This document shows, piece by piece, positions 25,301 to 37,762 of a stretch of 64,000 bases of DNA. This DNA is from Heterodontus francisci (lineage: Eukaryota): the NCBI RefSeq assembly GCF_036365525.1, contig NC_090395.1, positions 65,249,326-65,313,325 of the forward strand. Direction: 5' to 3'. Position numbers and translations under genes: made by a program. Under the pieces are notes generated by a model. The model ran no database searches, was not told the origin of the DNA, and saw only the letters and a program-made list of their open reading frames with translations. Positions within the stretch are counted from its first letter, which is position 1; the number at the start of each line of letters is the position of its first letter.

Positions 25301-28300
25301 GTCTCGAAAGTACTGATGGCGTTTGTCAGCTCATCCATAGTTAACAGTTTGTCCAGCCCCTCCCACATGCTGTCATCCAAGACCTCCCTGATAGATGACC
25401 GGAAGGACTGGGAGGCCGTGCTGTCCGTGAGCTTCACGTCATACAGCCCAGCAGAAAAGGATTTGTTGATCCTTAGTATGTCGGACTGCGATGACGTAAC
25501 TGTGACATCCTCTTCCTTCAGGCTGCTGATCACAGAGCTCTCACTGTGTACCTTTTGGAAGAAGAAACGCAAGCACATCTCATCCCGCTCAACAGAGCGG
25601 ACTCTGGACCGGAAGATGATCTTGGATTTGGGGCGCGCTGGGCCCATCACAGCTTCCAGTGCCCCGGAGCTGGGGGCTTTATCTTCCAGCTTCTTTGAGT
25701 TCTCCCTCTTCTTTTGCAGGTGCCGTCATTCTGGCCATTCCTCGTCCAATCAGGAGCAGCTGCTGTAGTCTGTCTCATTCGGTAGCCTCCTCTTGCCACT
25801 GGTTTGGGTGGTGGCCTCTCTTTAACTGAACAGGGCCATTGTGGAGGTGGTAGATGCTGCCAGTAGAGCACTCACTGAAGGCACTGGAACCAAGCCACAG
25901 GTAAGTCAGGACGAAGAGTTTCGCCAGGGAGCGGGGGATCGGCAGCAAGGGCAAGACGTGGCTGTCAGCGGAGTCCCGACCACCTTCCCAATGCTGGGTC
26001 CCCTGTTCAGGCACTAAGTTCCTTTAACAAAGGAGCCCCTGGTCCCCAGGAACTGGAAGGCAACCCACACAGGATTGGAAGGCATGCTCCCGATGCGACG
26101 ACAGGACCGCCTGCCGCTGGGCGAATATCAGCAATGGTGGGATGAGGCCCTTGTTTGGGAATTAATTGTCCACTTAAGGGCCTCAATTGGTGGCAGGGTG
26201 GGAAGTCGGTTCACAGGCCTTCCTGCCCCGGACTTAATTTGGGTGGAGGCGGGTAGGTGGTGGGATCCCCACCTGCCACCAACTCGCCCGATTATACACT
26301 CTCCCCACCTCCAAACCTGACACTCTTCCCACCCAGAATGGAGAGGTTGGGAATTTCCCGATCAGTGATCCCTGGAAACTCTGAGTTATTTACAGAAATA
26401 TGGTAACGATGCAGAATATTGATTTCAACTTTTCAGACACTAACCTGTTTGTTCCAGTGCTGTGAAAAGTGGTGAGAGCTTCAGTAGTTCCTGTTGTCCA
26501 GGTGGTTGGGCCTATTATTGACCTGGAGACAACGGGAAGAATTTTAAATTGACAACGCGGCTCTTTGCGGCAGCACCGGAGGTCGTGCTGTCGCCCCTTT
26601 AGTGAAATACAGCCGGGTGACCGTGATCATGCAGCAGCCAGCCAATTAAGGATGGGGTGGGAGGGCCCACTGCAATCAAGGACCTGAGGTGGGAAAGGGA
26701 CACCAATGCTGCCATCATCTCTCACAACGGCACGTGCTGGCACCAGAAATAAAGGGTTGCCAGCCCTGCACTCACTCCTGGATGGAAAGAAAGCCTTCCC
26801 GAGTGCCCTCTGTTCCTCGGACATTGTCTGCTGCCTATGCTGCATAATAAACAAGGTGCTGATTGCGAGCCTGCACTGGCCATGGCTGAAGGAAGACCCT
26901 GGGTGGCCCCACGGATTAGCGATGCCTCCCTGCAGGATCTCCTCCAGGCTGCAAGGAAAAGGCGGGAGGTCCTCTGTCTCAGGGACAAGAGGAGGAGACC
27001 TGCCCACCTGACCAAGCAAGCCTGGACAGAGATTATGGAGGAAGTCAGCAGCCGTGGAGTCACCCCCAGGGCATGGCTCCAGTGCAGGAATTGGGGCAAT
27101 GACCTCATCCAGGCTAACTGCAAACACTTTGGACCCTTTGGGCATTGCATGTGTCTAAACTGAGAGGGAGCGTTTGGTGGAAAGGCAGTGGCCACCCAGT
27201 CATGTTGATTGGGGAAAGGCAGCAGGACCTGTTGCCTGTGGCTGGGCTGCATCTCGATTAGGGGCGCACGTCAGTCATTGTTAAATCCTACACAGTCCCT
27301 CGGTAGGGGCCGCATGTTGGAGGTGTATGTGTGCTCCCATCATGGCCCACTGGACTATCACCATCAGAGGTATGGGGCTTTTTGCCACTGGGAGACTAAT
27401 TTTGTTCACTTTTCTGTCTGCAGGAGAAGACAGCCCCAATAGGAAGGAACATGCCAGCGCTGAACTCCCTTATCTCCATGTCCTCGCCCTGATGTAGGAG
27501 GAAGCCATGGAACAGGCTGGGCACAAGGTGACCAGACCAGAGCTGGGGGACAGCCGGCCATCTCAGAGAAGGAGAAGGGAGCCTCAGAGGTGCACCATCA
27601 CATCATTCCCACCAACAGGTGAGGCAACAGTGGACGATGGAGAAGCCTATCCAGGCCCTGGGTGCTGCACTCTCTCTGCCAATCACATGACTGGCTCCCT
27701 CCATTGCAAGGTTCAGAGGCAGACCTGCACACCATCACTTTGTCTGTGAGCTCTATGCATTGTTTGCAAGGAGAGAGGGGGATGAGGCACCTGAAGTCTC
27801 CACCAGACACATGTCCCTCTCAGGTCAGCAGGGAGTTACAAGCGTCCTTTATAAAGGGGGAAGTGGAAGAGCAGCTTCCTCCTGAATCAAGGGTCTCCTC
27901 TCAGGGTTTTCCTGGTGTGAGCAGTAGCTCCAAAGCCCCTCTGCTAGTGATGCCAGCGCCAGATTGTGAGGCAGGGGCACCGATCCAAGACGGTGAGTGA
28001 GCATCGACTGAGCTGCAGGAGGCACTGAGTGTTCTTGGGCCCCCCAGGTTGAGATAGTCAGAGGACGACCACATAGGTCATCCCAAGCCAGGAGGCAGTA
28101 AGGCCAGCTACCAGCCTCTGCCTCAGCCTCAGCTGCCAGTGCAGGGGGCAGAGCCACATTGGAGAACCCAGAAAAGAATTAAAAAGAGCATCAAAATGCA
28201 CTTCGGGGATCATGGGTGAAGATGCAGTTGAGGTGGGTAGTTGTGCATTTGGTGTGACGCTGAATAAAGAAATGATGTTCACTCACTTTCTGTGATGTCC

Positions 28301-31300
28301 TTTGGGAACTCATTTAAACCCTTCCTCCCAAGGAGCTGGTATTGAGGGACCAAGCCCCGAGTGCTCATCCTTTGGCTTTGTCACTATGTGAAGTGCACCT
28401 GGGTGCTGCAGTGCGGAAGGAAACGGGACAACAGGGCTGTTTAAAGGTAAGGCTTTATTGTTGTGGTTCTAGAAGGTGGTAAGGCTCAAAGGAAATGTGA
28501 ATATAAGGGCGTCTCATGCCTCCCTTACGCGTATCTCATGGCACGTTTTCTGCTCTGCCTGGGACCGTTTATCTGGCACTGCTTGGGCAACATCCTCCTC
28601 CCCATCCTTGTCATCAGAGGAGGCATCACATTCCACGATATCCTCACTAGTCAATGCCTCCGCCCCTCAGTAGTGCCAGGTTGTGCAATGCACAGCAAAC
28701 CACCGCATTATGCATAACCCTCGCCAGGGCATACTGAAGGGCTCCACGGCATTGATCTCGGCACCAATGGCCTGCTCAATGGTTGCTCAGGTTAACCCAT
28801 TGCAAGTGTACCTCTCCTCTGCATCTGTGTGTAGATTCCTCTCAGGCATCAGTAGCCATGTTCTCAGTGGACAGGCCTGGTCTCCAAGGACCTATCCCTG
28901 AAGGGATGTGGGGCATGGAAAAGGTTGGGCACCTGTGATTGACTCTTAGTCTGTAGGCATCATGGCTGCTTCCTGGGAGTTGTGCACACACCTGCAAGAT
29001 CTGTTTGAGGTGGTTACACTCCATGTGTTCATTGAGTGAGTGGAAGCCCTTCCCATTAATGAAGGGAGCAGGCTGGTCAGTGGAAGCCTTGATGGTCACA
29101 TTCATGCTTTGATGACCCACTGCACCTGGGGGAATCCAGCGATGGCCCTGAATCCTATAGCCTGTTTGGATCGTTGCGGAAGCACACATCGTCGCCAGCC
29201 TTCCTGAATATGGCATTAGTGACCTTCCTTATGCAGCGATATGCCGCGGACTGGGAGATTCCACACGTATCTCCAGTAGATCCCCGGAATGATGCAGTGG
29301 CGTAGATGTTCAGTGCTACGGTGACCTTCAGTGCCAAAGACATCAGGTGCCCACCAAGTCCCATCGGGCTCAGATCATCCTGCATCATGGCACACAGAGC
29401 ATTGATGGCCTCCCTGGAGAGACAGAGTCTTCAAAAACACTGCCTCTTGGACATCTGCAGGTAGTTGAGTCTCGGCCGGTATACCCTCTCTGAAGGGTAG
29501 CTTCTTCTGCCTGCAGAAAGGAGCTGGTGTGCCCTCTGTATCCTTCTACAAACTCCAGAGCCCGAGGGAGGACCTCCTGTGTACCCCCAGACTGTGGTAT
29601 GCCCCTCCCAGTTCATGCGCCTCCCTCCCTTTCTGCTGCTCCTCCTCCTCAGTAGTGGTCTCAAAGCCAGGGTCTCAAAGCCAGGGTGAATGAGGCCCAT
29701 GAGAGTTTGCTTCTCCCTAAGTACAAGACCTTCAAGGTAGATGGACCCCCTCCCCCACCCTCTCATCCCCTTACTTGTGACCTCCGATGATGTGGCACTG
29801 CCCATATGGTACACTCGTATGGCTTCCTGCAGTGCTGGCACCTTGGCCCCCTCAGCCTTCACTACCAAGCAATGCTGCCTCACCTGATTGCTTCCTTGTG
29901 ATCGGTATAAAAGTCTGAATTAAGTAGAATTTGGAAATAGTGTATTATGCCTTTTAGAGTTAGAGATTGAATGGATGGTCAGTTTTTAGAATTCACTGCC
30001 ATTCCCCTTTAAGAAGGTAGAGTTAGAAAATGTCAAGGTCACTGTTATGAAGCAGAAACAAGTTGGGAAATCCATTTGTGTCTCTGTTGTCAGGACCTTG
30101 GAAGATAAACACACACATTGAAATATCCTGTCAGTAAGAGGTAGCAACAGACTTAATTGGTTTGTGGGTTTGTGCAGACAGGTTGGCTCCAGAGGTTGCT
30201 TTGAGGTGCCATGGAAAGGGCAATTATAGATAATGAAACAATAAATGGAATGTAGTCACAGGAATAAGAAAGGTTAAGTAAACACAATTATAAACATTTT
30301 GACCAGATAAATGCTCACATCTTCAACAGCAAAGGAAGTTCATTAAGTGGAAATGCTAATTAAAGATACGGATTTTAAAAGGAAGACAGGAAGGTCACAT
30401 CTATGCTAAAAGTCAGATGACACTTCAGAAACAGTATAAACATGAGAGGTTTTTGAAGCCAAATTTAGAAGTGTTGAATCCTCAAACAACGCTACGCAAT
30501 GAAGGGACATTTAAGGTAAAAAGTTTACTTTACATTTTTATGGATATTCTGGATATTCTAAGATATTTTTGCTGTAACATTAGTAAGGTTAAACTTTTGG
30601 ATTCTATGTTAGAAATAAGATTATGTGTTACATCTTTTAGTCATATTTGATATTGTTATATACTTATCCACTGAAGTGTATTGCATGTTAAATTCTTTAA
30701 TAAATCTATAAAAGTCAATAAATCATCTCACGTAGCATTCTGTATACAACCACAAAGAACCCCCTTTCTGTATCTCTTTAAGTGGAGAGATATGTATTGA
30801 AGAGAATTCTCAGACCCTTATAATATCTGGGATATTTATGACTTAGCTTATTTTAATAATTACGGCTATCTGAAAGATGGTAATATTCTCTGTTGGTTTT
30901 CTTTATTTGAGTGAAAACTAGTACAATTCTTTGGAGCCAAATAAGTGTCTCTGAGAATTTGTCTGGTTTGAACTTGATTAAAGGAGATTCAAAGGGATGT
31001 ACTCCTGATTTGGTTTAGTCCCTATTAGGGATTAAAGTCATAAATCACTTCATCCCAGTGACGCCAACACTGAGCTCCTGTATCCTTGTCACCTCCTTTC
31101 ACCAGTCGAGGCCCGGAAGCCCTGTGATTTCCATCCATCATCAGATAAATGCACAATGGAGAACAATATTGCTGTGTATTGGGCTCTCATGTACCTTAAT
31201 TGCCTTCCCGCCTTGTGGATGTATGACGTCCGCCCTCCATGTTGATTGCCAACAGTAAAATCCAGAAGGGATGTCACGATGTCGAACTTCCTGTCTGATG

Positions 31301-34300
31301 CCTCCTGTCCCTATTTTATGCCCCCCCCTCACCTCTGTTCCCCTCAAACGGCCCCTTAAAATACAGCCCAATATTGCTGTAAGAGACTGGGATTGATTTT
31401 ACGCAAACCGACTCCTGTCTTCCCATTTTCTGAACTTTTCAACACCTACTGCTAGGGCCCCAGAAAAAATTGGAACGCTGAACATGTTGGTGAAGTAAAG
31501 CCCACTTCCCGTGGGCTCTGGAATATTTGCTCTTCGACGGTACCAGAAGAGGAAGATCAGCCCAGGGAAATATAAAGGTTATGAGTAGGACATCTCAACA
31601 TAGCAGTGTGGAAAAGAAAGGAGAAAAACATGAATTCTATCAGTCTAATTTAGTTAATCTCTGTAAAGAAAAGGTGGGTTTTATCAGAAACCCTTGAAAT
31701 CTGCTTTAGTGCCAAAGCTAAAAAGAATAGAATCAATTGTAAGTTTCACCACAGATTACAAAGGGTCTGGAATCTGTATAATGTATTTGTCCCTCCAGTT
31801 CAGCATTTTAAAAAGGACTCAGTTAGTTGAAGATTACTTTCATACTTATGACACAATATTGAATTCAACTTTTTAGAGACTAACCTGGTTGTTCCAGTTC
31901 TGTGAAAAGCAGTGGTGAGAGCTGTAGTAACAGAAGCCTCAGTAGTTTCTGTCACCTTGGTGGTTGGGCCCATTGTTGTCCTCAGTACTGGGCCTATAAC
32001 AGATGAACTTGCTGATCATTTTATCCCGAAAAGCACTTTTCATATACAGTTTACTCCTCTTAATTGAGTCATATAATGATCTAATCAATCATTTTTAAAA
32101 GGAATTTCCCATTTTGTATTGTTTGTGTTGCTTAATTCAAATGATCAGATCATTCCTGCTTTTTTAGGGAAGAATTTGACTGAATTAGCAGCACTGGACT
32201 GTGGCATAAAAGGATGAAATCAGAGACACCGACAACAATATACATGGCTAGTGAATTTCAGCTTGGTGGCTACTAGCTGAATATCTGGTGCTGGTTTCCC
32301 TCCTCCTGTGTGAGTTGGCAGAGGTTCTGATCACAGAGCGATCGATTGGCATTGGGGAAGTGACACGATAACAACGGGTTGTATTTTACCAGCCCACTGG
32401 AGACAGGCTGGGAGGTGGGAGGCTGCAGAAGACGGCAGCCGAAAGGTGTCAGGAGGGGAGTCCATGTTTCCTCGCTGCCACGGAATATTACCAGTGACGG
32501 GAAGCTCAATGGTGCTGCCACCCGCTGAGCAGAGGCGGACGGCCAATTAAACCAATTAGTTGCTCAATTAAAGGCCACTTCCCATTCTGGCAGCCTTCCC
32601 GGGGTGGGGGTCCTCCTGTACGGCCACTCCCTGGTCCATGAGGGATCCCTGGCGCCCCCAAGTCTATGTTGCCACCGCTGGAGGGTGCAGCCCTACGACC
32701 GGGTCTGTGTGCCTGAACCCAGCTTGGTAAAACAAAACCTATCTTGCCTTTGAGGGTGCCTCGGGATGGAGGTTCCCTCTCCTCCTTCCTGCATCCTCAG
32801 CAGTGGCCACTTCTATCGGTGGTGCTGCTGAGACTGCTGAGCTATCGGCCCTCTGATTGGGCTGGCAGCTTGGCGAGGCGGCCCCCATCCTCAATTGGAC
32901 AGCAATGACGGCCGCAGCCTCTTAATTGCCCACTGCTGCTAAAATGCCACCCAGTGTCCCTCTGCTCACCCACGTGGGTTCAGGTCTTGCTTTCGGCCCT
33001 GGCGACAGGACAACCCTTTCGATGAGAAAATTCCGGCTGTGAACAGAACAATTGCCAGACAAATCCTTTCAGTCGGAACATGTTTTTCCAGTCTGTTTCT
33101 CTTCCCTCCTTCCTGACGGAGTGGAAGGATCTTGCTCTGGAAATCCAGTGTCCCCATGAGCCGGGTACCCCAGTAAATGGGCGTCCACCCCTTAGGTGCA
33201 AATGAACATGCCCCTGGGATTAGCACAGGGTTACTGTCAGAGCAAACTGGAGAGAATTTCTGGTTTCAAATGTTTCAATTTGGACAGAATAAACAAAATA
33301 GAAATACATTAGTCATCTTACCTTCAGAAACTTCTAATTTTACAGACATCTTGATATTTTGTACAAGTGTTGGCATTTCTATCACACACCAATAATATCC
33401 TTCATCATTCTTCATGAGGTTATCCATGGTTACTGAAAATATCCTTTGTGTTTTGTTATCAGTCAGTGAGAATCTTCCTTTTTTTGGTTTATCAGTAGAA
33501 ACCACCACCTCACAAGATAAGTAATAATAACCTTTACACCATTGTTTAACATGGTCCTTGTAATTCCGATCATACTGACAGTCCACAGTGACTGATCCTC
33601 CCAATTCACCATGAACCTTCTCGGGTCCAGTTAATTGAAATGAACCTGTTGGCATATTAATGATGAAAGATTATTAACAACTCTGGCAGGATCAACAAAA
33701 ACAGTATTTAACCAAATAAACACCGCTATTCCTGTTGTTATGGCAATCTTCATTGTAATTACAGATCGAATCCCATTTTTAATATCAAATTCTTTCTGCT
33801 GATTCTCATGTCACCAGCACTGTTACTGAAATTATTGCATATACTCTGGTTTTGATCCTGATTTTCCTCAATATGGAGTCCTGTGATTTCCTGTTGTGAG
33901 CTGGTTGTGGAGCCAGATTCCCCACAATCACTGCATTCTGACAAAATCATTCCTGTCATCATTGTTGATTTATATTCTTCATTTACACAGATCATCGCTA
34001 TTAAGACAAACTAAAAATCTTTCAGAAAAACAATTTCTTTCATTCTTTCTGACAGTTTCTCTCAGTCTGCCCATTTCTAAGCCCAGTTATTTTATTTCAC
34101 TTTTTACAGTTGAGTTATCTGGGCCTAAACTGCTTTTTCTGATCATCGAAACAGTGAAACATTTGGAACAGGTGTGGGCCACTCACCCGCCTTGGCTCCA
34201 TATCCCTCGATGAAAGGGTACAGACCTGAAACGTTAACTCTGTTTCTCTCTCCACAGATGCTGCCTGACCTGCTGAGTATTTCCAGGACTTTCTGTTTAT

Positions 34301-37300
34301 AAATCAGATTTTCAGCATCTGCAGTATTTTGCTTTTATTTTCTTGCACGAACTGTTAGGACCAGACAGTTCGGGCAATATACTCTGTCTGTCTTCTGGAG
34401 AAAAAGACTAGATTTATGGAAGTGGTGGGTTGATATGTGATGGAGGATGGGAGTGTGGGAGGGATCTTGTGGATGATTGATCAGGCTCAGCTTGCCTGTG
34501 ATAAGTCAGTAGATGCTTTTATTCTTGCTGCTGAATGATTGGCTATTGCATTCTGTGATTTGTCAGTATATGGTATTGTTGCTCCTGATTGGTCAGCTAA
34601 TCTATCCTCTGGTAGGTTAGTACATGTGAATATTCTTGCTGTGTGGTGGATCTTGAGTGTGTTGGGGGTTTGTATGTGTTGAAGTTGGTTGAACATTGGC
34701 TGCAGAGCAGTGGTGATATGATGCATGAGTAGGGGTAGCCAGATGTCACTCATCTCATCCATCACGTACCGGCATATTAGATACAACAGGGAGGTCCTGG
34801 AGATCTATCAACACCATATTGTCCCCACACACAGCGGCCTACTCATCAGTGACATCAGGATGAAGCAGCCCACATAATTGGCAAAGTATTCACCACCCTG
34901 AGCATTCACAGTAACGCACAGTGGCAGCAGTGTGTACCATCTACAAGATGCACTGCAGCAACTCACCACGCCTCCTTCAACAGCACCTTCCAAATGTGCA
35001 ACCTCTATCAGCTAGTAGGACCAATGGCAGCAGATGCATGGGAACACCACCACCTGCAAGTTCCGCTGTAAGCCACACAGTAACCTGACTTGGAAATATA
35101 TCGCTGTTCCGTCAATGTTGCTGGGTCAAAATCCTGGAACTCGCTTCTTAATGGCACTGTGGGTGCAGCTGCACCAGATGGATTGCAGTGGTTCAAGATG
35201 GCAGCTCACTACCACCGTCTCAAGGGCAATTAGGGGTGGGCATCAAATGCTGGCACTGCCAGCAAAACCCATATCCCAAGAAATGAATTTAAAAGGAAAA
35301 CACATCAGGAATATTAGCATGCACTGACTTACTACAGGATATATTTGCTGACCAATCAGGAGCAAGAACAATAGCTAATACTGACCAATCACAGAATACA
35401 ATAGCCAACCAATCATCAGCAAGAACAATCACATGTACCCACCAATCACAGAGACACTCAGCCTGACCAATCATCAGCAAGATCCCGCCCATCCTCCATC
35501 ACCAAAAAACCCACCTTTTCGACAGATTCAGTCTTTTCTCCAGAAGATGGGCAAAGTATGTTGCCTGAAATGTTCTTCTAAGTGATTGTCTTCAAGGAAA
35601 GATTGTCTCTTTTCTGAGCAATTCACGTGGTGTAAATCTTCAATTGTCTTACTGAAGATGCAGTTCTTGTTCATATTACAAATTGTTGTCTTTGAAGTAT
35701 TTTGTGAAGTTGCTGATTCAAATATTGTTTAACCACAATAATTTGCATTTATACAGCGCATTTAACACAATAAAACGTCCAAGGTGCTTCACAGGAGCAT
35801 TATAAAGCAAAATAAGATACCGACACACATAAGGAGATATTAAGTCAGTTGACCAAAAGTTTGGTCAAAGAGGTAGGTTTTAAGGAGTGTCTTAAAGGAG
35901 GCAAGCAAAGTAGAGAGGCAGAGAGGTGCAGGGAGGGTTTTCCAGAGCTTTGGGCCTCGGCAACTGAAGCTGCAGCCACCAATTGTGGAGCAATTAAAAT
36001 CAGGTTTGTTCAAGAGGCCAGAATTAGAGGAGCACTGATATCTCGGAGGATTGTGTGGCTGGATATGATTACAGAGATAGGGAGGGGTGAGGCCAGGGAG
36101 GGATTTGAAAACAAGGATGAGAATTTTAAAATCAAGTGTTGCTTGACAGGGAGCCAGTGTCGGTCAGCAAGCACAGGGATGATAGGTGCATGGGGTCTGT
36201 CGTAGTCACATAGGATGTCATTTGTGACTTTGATAAGAACTGTTTCGGTACTGTGGCAAGGGTGGAAACATAGAAACATGGGAAAATAGGAGCAGGAGTA
36301 GGCCATTCGGCCTGTCGAGCCTGCTCCACCATTCATTGTAATCATGGCTGATCATCCAAACTCAGTAACCTGTTCCTGTTTTCTCCCCGTATCCCTTGAA
36401 ACCTGACAGGAAGGATTCAAACATGGAATTCCAGGAAAGATGGGAAATGGATTTGGGAGGCGACAACACCTTCAAGGACTTTGGAGAGGAAAAGAATTCT
36501 GGATGGAACCCTACGTGAATTGGGTGCAAGTAGAGGGACCTAATTTCTGTGGGGGTCTGATATCCAACACAGCAGCAGGTTTAATGGGACGCTGTACCAA
36601 TATTTAACATATCCAATAATGAGCTGCTAAACTACCCAAACCCCACCCTCCGAGGACTTCACAGGAGCCAGAAAGCTGGCAGAGCCAGGCTGAGAGCACC
36701 CACTGTATGGGCACTCTTGAGGTAGACATGACATGAAAATTGTTCCTCTTTTCATGCAGCATAGCAATGAGAAATGTAGTATGAGGACAGGAAGATTAAG
36801 ATAGTTTCTTTGTGACACTGTTGGTATGTTAACACACACACAGCATTGCAAAATAAGGATGTGAGCTGTGCAGATTGGTTCACAACAGAGCATTTGGGAA
36901 ATAGTTATCGAGGGGCTGGTTGTAGAGCTCACCATGAAAAGCCACAGGTCTATCAGCTCTGAGCTGGTACTGAGAAATATGGTCAAATAATTCCTAGTAA
37001 ACTCATAAGTCACCTGACAAATGGTTTTAAAAAAAAATGATTTATTTGAGTTTCAGAGGTTGGGTAAAACACAATATGAAGAAACACTTGAGGCACCCAT
37101 TCAATTTCTGTTCTGATGCAATTCATTTTTGCTGAATTGAAGTCACAGATTGTGTTTTTCTTTCTCCAAATCTACTTCAGTTCTAAACATTAGTATTTCA
37201 CACAGTTTGTCTTCTAAGAGACAAATGTGTTCGAGGTTCACCATTTTTCTATGCAGTCTTCAGAAGGAACTCTATGTGAAGCGCCTTGGATCATTTTAAC

Positions 37301-37671
37301 AAGTTGCATTATGTCGCATCGTTAACTTAGTGTTCTAAATAAAAAGGAAATGCAGTTAGATTCCTGCCATTGATAAGGAGCTAGAGTTTCAGGAAGGACA
37401 GAGCTGCAACAGGAAAGCACAGAAAGAAGAAAAGGTGATTGAAGATACAGGAGAAGCAGATGAATATCATAAAAATGAACTGATAAGACCAAGTGTGGTT
37501 CACCTTTCGCTCACCACAACAGAATTACGGGCGACAGAGTAAGTAGAAGTTTCTGGTCTTCACCAGCTCTGATGACAAAAGTGCTTTTTCATAACATTAA
37601 GGAACAGGATTTTAAAAAAGAGACTTACTTGATGCAGACATAAGAATCAAAAGAGCAATTAATTCCATCAT
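16228..37671 (-). CDS. Gene A: inhibitory CD300/pIgR-like (CMRF35-like) single-IgV receptor, ~297 aa; exons 37629-37671, 33322-33645, 31885-31993, 26445-26522, 21233-21348, 18310-18362, 16228-16398
   Basis: All introns are GT-AG and the phases chain 1,1,2,2,1,0 into one 894-nt ORF: leader, IgV, Thr-rich stalk, TM, ITIM tail. Confidence 0.88.
18310..18362 (-). CDS. Gene A cytoplasmic exon 1 (GTNEQSITAVENPAATCK)
   Basis: ttttactttacag acceptor and gtaaga donor; phase 1 to 0 exactly bridges the TM and ITIM exons. Confidence 0.75.
19940..20430 (+). mobile_element. CR1 3' fragment
   Basis: RKNFLTRRAVTIWNALP...FKRELD motif and a ttctatgattctgtgat tail. Confidence 0.8.
21233..21348 (-). CDS. Gene A transmembrane exon (uncharged)
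   Basis: ttttgcag acceptor and gtatgt donor; reads RKGSAFPWQVILSVVVVIILLLLIVAVILYLKVKQQKKS. Confidence 0.88.
23024..25630 (-). mobile_element. L1/Tx1-clade LINE, 5'-truncated and degenerate, inserted in a MITE-like element (~22820-26310)
   Basis: NWRPISLLNVDYKILSK, GVRQGCPLSP and YMDD motifs; C-terminal CPRGGCGGEETVVHLLLEC zinc knuckle. Confidence 0.88.
26445..26522 (-). CDS. Gene A stalk exon 2 (RSIIGPTTWTTGTTEALTTFHSTGTN), phase 2-2
   Basis: ttcttcccgttgtctccag acceptor and gttagt donor; paralogous to stalk exon 1. Confidence 0.65.
26534..31369. mobile_element. PIF/Harbinger transposon relic: Myb/SANT gene (+, ~26882-27163) and HARBI1-like transposase (-, ~28500-29500)
   Basis: APRISDASLQDLLQAA...AWTEIMEEVS...WLQCR (Myb/SANT) and KVTVALNIYATASF...GISQSAAYRCIRKVT, FINGKGFHSLN (transposase). 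Degenerate terminal inverted repeats gggaagaattttaa / gggctgtattttaa. Confidence 0.8.
29897..31049. mobile_element. AT-rich solo-LTR-like insertion inside the Harbinger element (second copy at 51570-52722)
   Basis: tgtgat...atcac(t) ends, flanks tcct/tcat, abrupt GC shift. Confidence 0.5.
31885..31993 (-). CDS. Gene A mucin-like stalk exon 1 (GPVLRTTMGPTTKVTETTEASVTTALTTAFHRTGTT)
   Basis: ctgttatag acceptor, gttagt donor, phase 1 to 2, Thr-rich. Confidence 0.82.
33322..33645 (-). CDS. Gene A IgV exon, CD300/pIgR type
   Basis: GGSVTVDC, KQWCKGYYYLSC (second Cys pair), RFSLTDN and DEGYYWC; caacag acceptor, gtaaga donor, 324 nt, phase 1-1. Confidence 0.93.
34370..35570. repeat. Diverged inverted repeat (arms ~34370-34645 and ~35300-35570, CCAAT-rich) enclosing a LINE 3' fragment
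   Basis: The arms align as reverse complements (e.g. tcttctggagaaaa and gctcctgattggtcagc). Confidence 0.65.
37629..37671 (-). CDS. Gene A leader exon (MMELIALLILMSAS)
   Basis: Hydrophobic signal peptide with gtaagt donor; phase 1 matches the IgV exon. Confidence 0.88.
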
Positions 37672-37754
37672 TCTGGACTGTTTCTAGCAGGTGAATTAAC
37701 CGTGCTCAGACATCTGAGCTTTGCTTTCTTTGAGTCGGTTGGTTTTTGTAGGTC

Positions 37755-37762
37755 ACTTCCTC
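37755..37762 (-). promoter_or_regulatory. PU.1/Ets motif GAGGAAGT ~85 bp upstream of the leader ATG (copies at 58727-58734, and AAGGAAGT at 62677-62684)
   Basis: Consensus match retained in the diverged paralogous promoter; typical of leukocyte receptor promoters. Confidence 0.45.

Noticed and set aside
28500-29500. Domesticated HARBI1 or Myb/SANT host gene
   Set aside because: Frameshifts and stops, intronic position and paired Myb/transposase layout indicate a decayed transposon.
33275-33321. ORF extension GKMTNVFLFCLFCPN as a secreted isoform tail
   Set aside because: It is simple read-through of a strong gtaaga donor, with no independent support.
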